Shown: positions 63,924 to 64,000 of the stretch, piece after piece
How positions within the stretch are numbered: position 1 is the first letter of the stretch
Layout: the number at the start of each line of letters is the position of its first letter
The notes under the pieces: model-generated
What the model was told of the DNA's origin: nothing
Database searches by the model: none
Seen by the model: only the letters and a program-made list of their open reading frames with translations
Program-made: the position numbers and the translations under genes
Assembly (NCBI GenBank): GCA_937903135.1
Contig: CALDAH010000016.1
Coordinates: 774 to 64,773 of the forward strand
Source: an uncultured Alphaproteobacteria bacterium
GTDB taxonomy: Bacteria; Pseudomonadota; Alphaproteobacteria; Rs-D84
DNA: 64,000 nt
Reading direction: 5' to 3'

Positions 63924-64000
63924 TAAAATCAGGTCAGGTTTCAGAAAACCGCAAAGCGCGGTTTTCATACTCTATTGATGATACAATAGAGGCCGGCATA
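63908..64000 (+). CDS. smpB: SsrA-binding protein SmpB, 5' end (continues beyond window)
   Basis: ATG 63908 opens MSRQLIKSGQVSENRKARFSYSIDDTIEAGI, which matches the SmpB N-terminal pattern (..NRKA...Y.I....EAGI). Not in the ORF track because it is truncated by the window edge. Overlaps the tatD end by 16 nt. Confidence 0.8.
   Translation, partial: MSRQLIKSGQVSENRKARFSYSIDDTIEAGI

Overview
By inference, the window is a chromosomal segment of an alphaproteobacterium-like genome. The markers are a circularly permuted two-piece tmRNA gene, DUF1013- and DUF2155-type proteins, an AddA-type helicase, S16 with an Ala/Lys-rich tail, and the clusters rpsP-rimM-trmD-rplS, tsaB-rimI and dac-holB-tatD-smpB. 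I call about 65 protein-coding genes, 5 tRNAs (Gly-CCC, Ser-GCU, Met/Ile2-CAU, Arg-CCG, Ser-GGA), one tmRNA, and several sigma70-like promoters and intrinsic terminators. I recognised no rRNA, CRISPR array, transposase or integrase. Most genes are housekeeping: gpmI, tadA, rsmD, rplY, dnaK, pfk, gdh, tsaD, xseA, recN, rpoD, cysS, obg, rpoZ, mtaB, an MlaEFD/PqiC-like transporter and amiC. The accessory content is dominated by signal-peptide-bearing, cysteine-rich proteins at 1..414, 437..1825, 4265..4900, 20221..20667, 20688..20978 and 35195..35905, plus a 1544-aa giant at 44624..49258 that also carries four Listeria-Bacteroides-type repeats. The most interesting signal is a pair of homologous promoter-plus-leader modules (3984-4264 and 19914-20220). 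Each sits directly upstream of a Cys-rich gene and has the same three-element hairpin / SD-mimic / anti-SD / intrinsic-terminator layout, with compensatory base changes between the two copies. I read this as a candidate undescribed cis-regulatory RNA. Other oddities: an addA gene split into helicase and nuclease ORFs overlapping by 11 nt; a Lon homolog that ends before the protease domain; an extra Cys-containing ORF wedged between rimM and trmD; tandem paralogs of an uncharacterised Cys/His family; and a GH24 lysozyme locus between two tRNAs with a degenerate copy of the tRNA-Ser 3' end. All homology calls come from reading motifs by eye. No database search or folding program was run.
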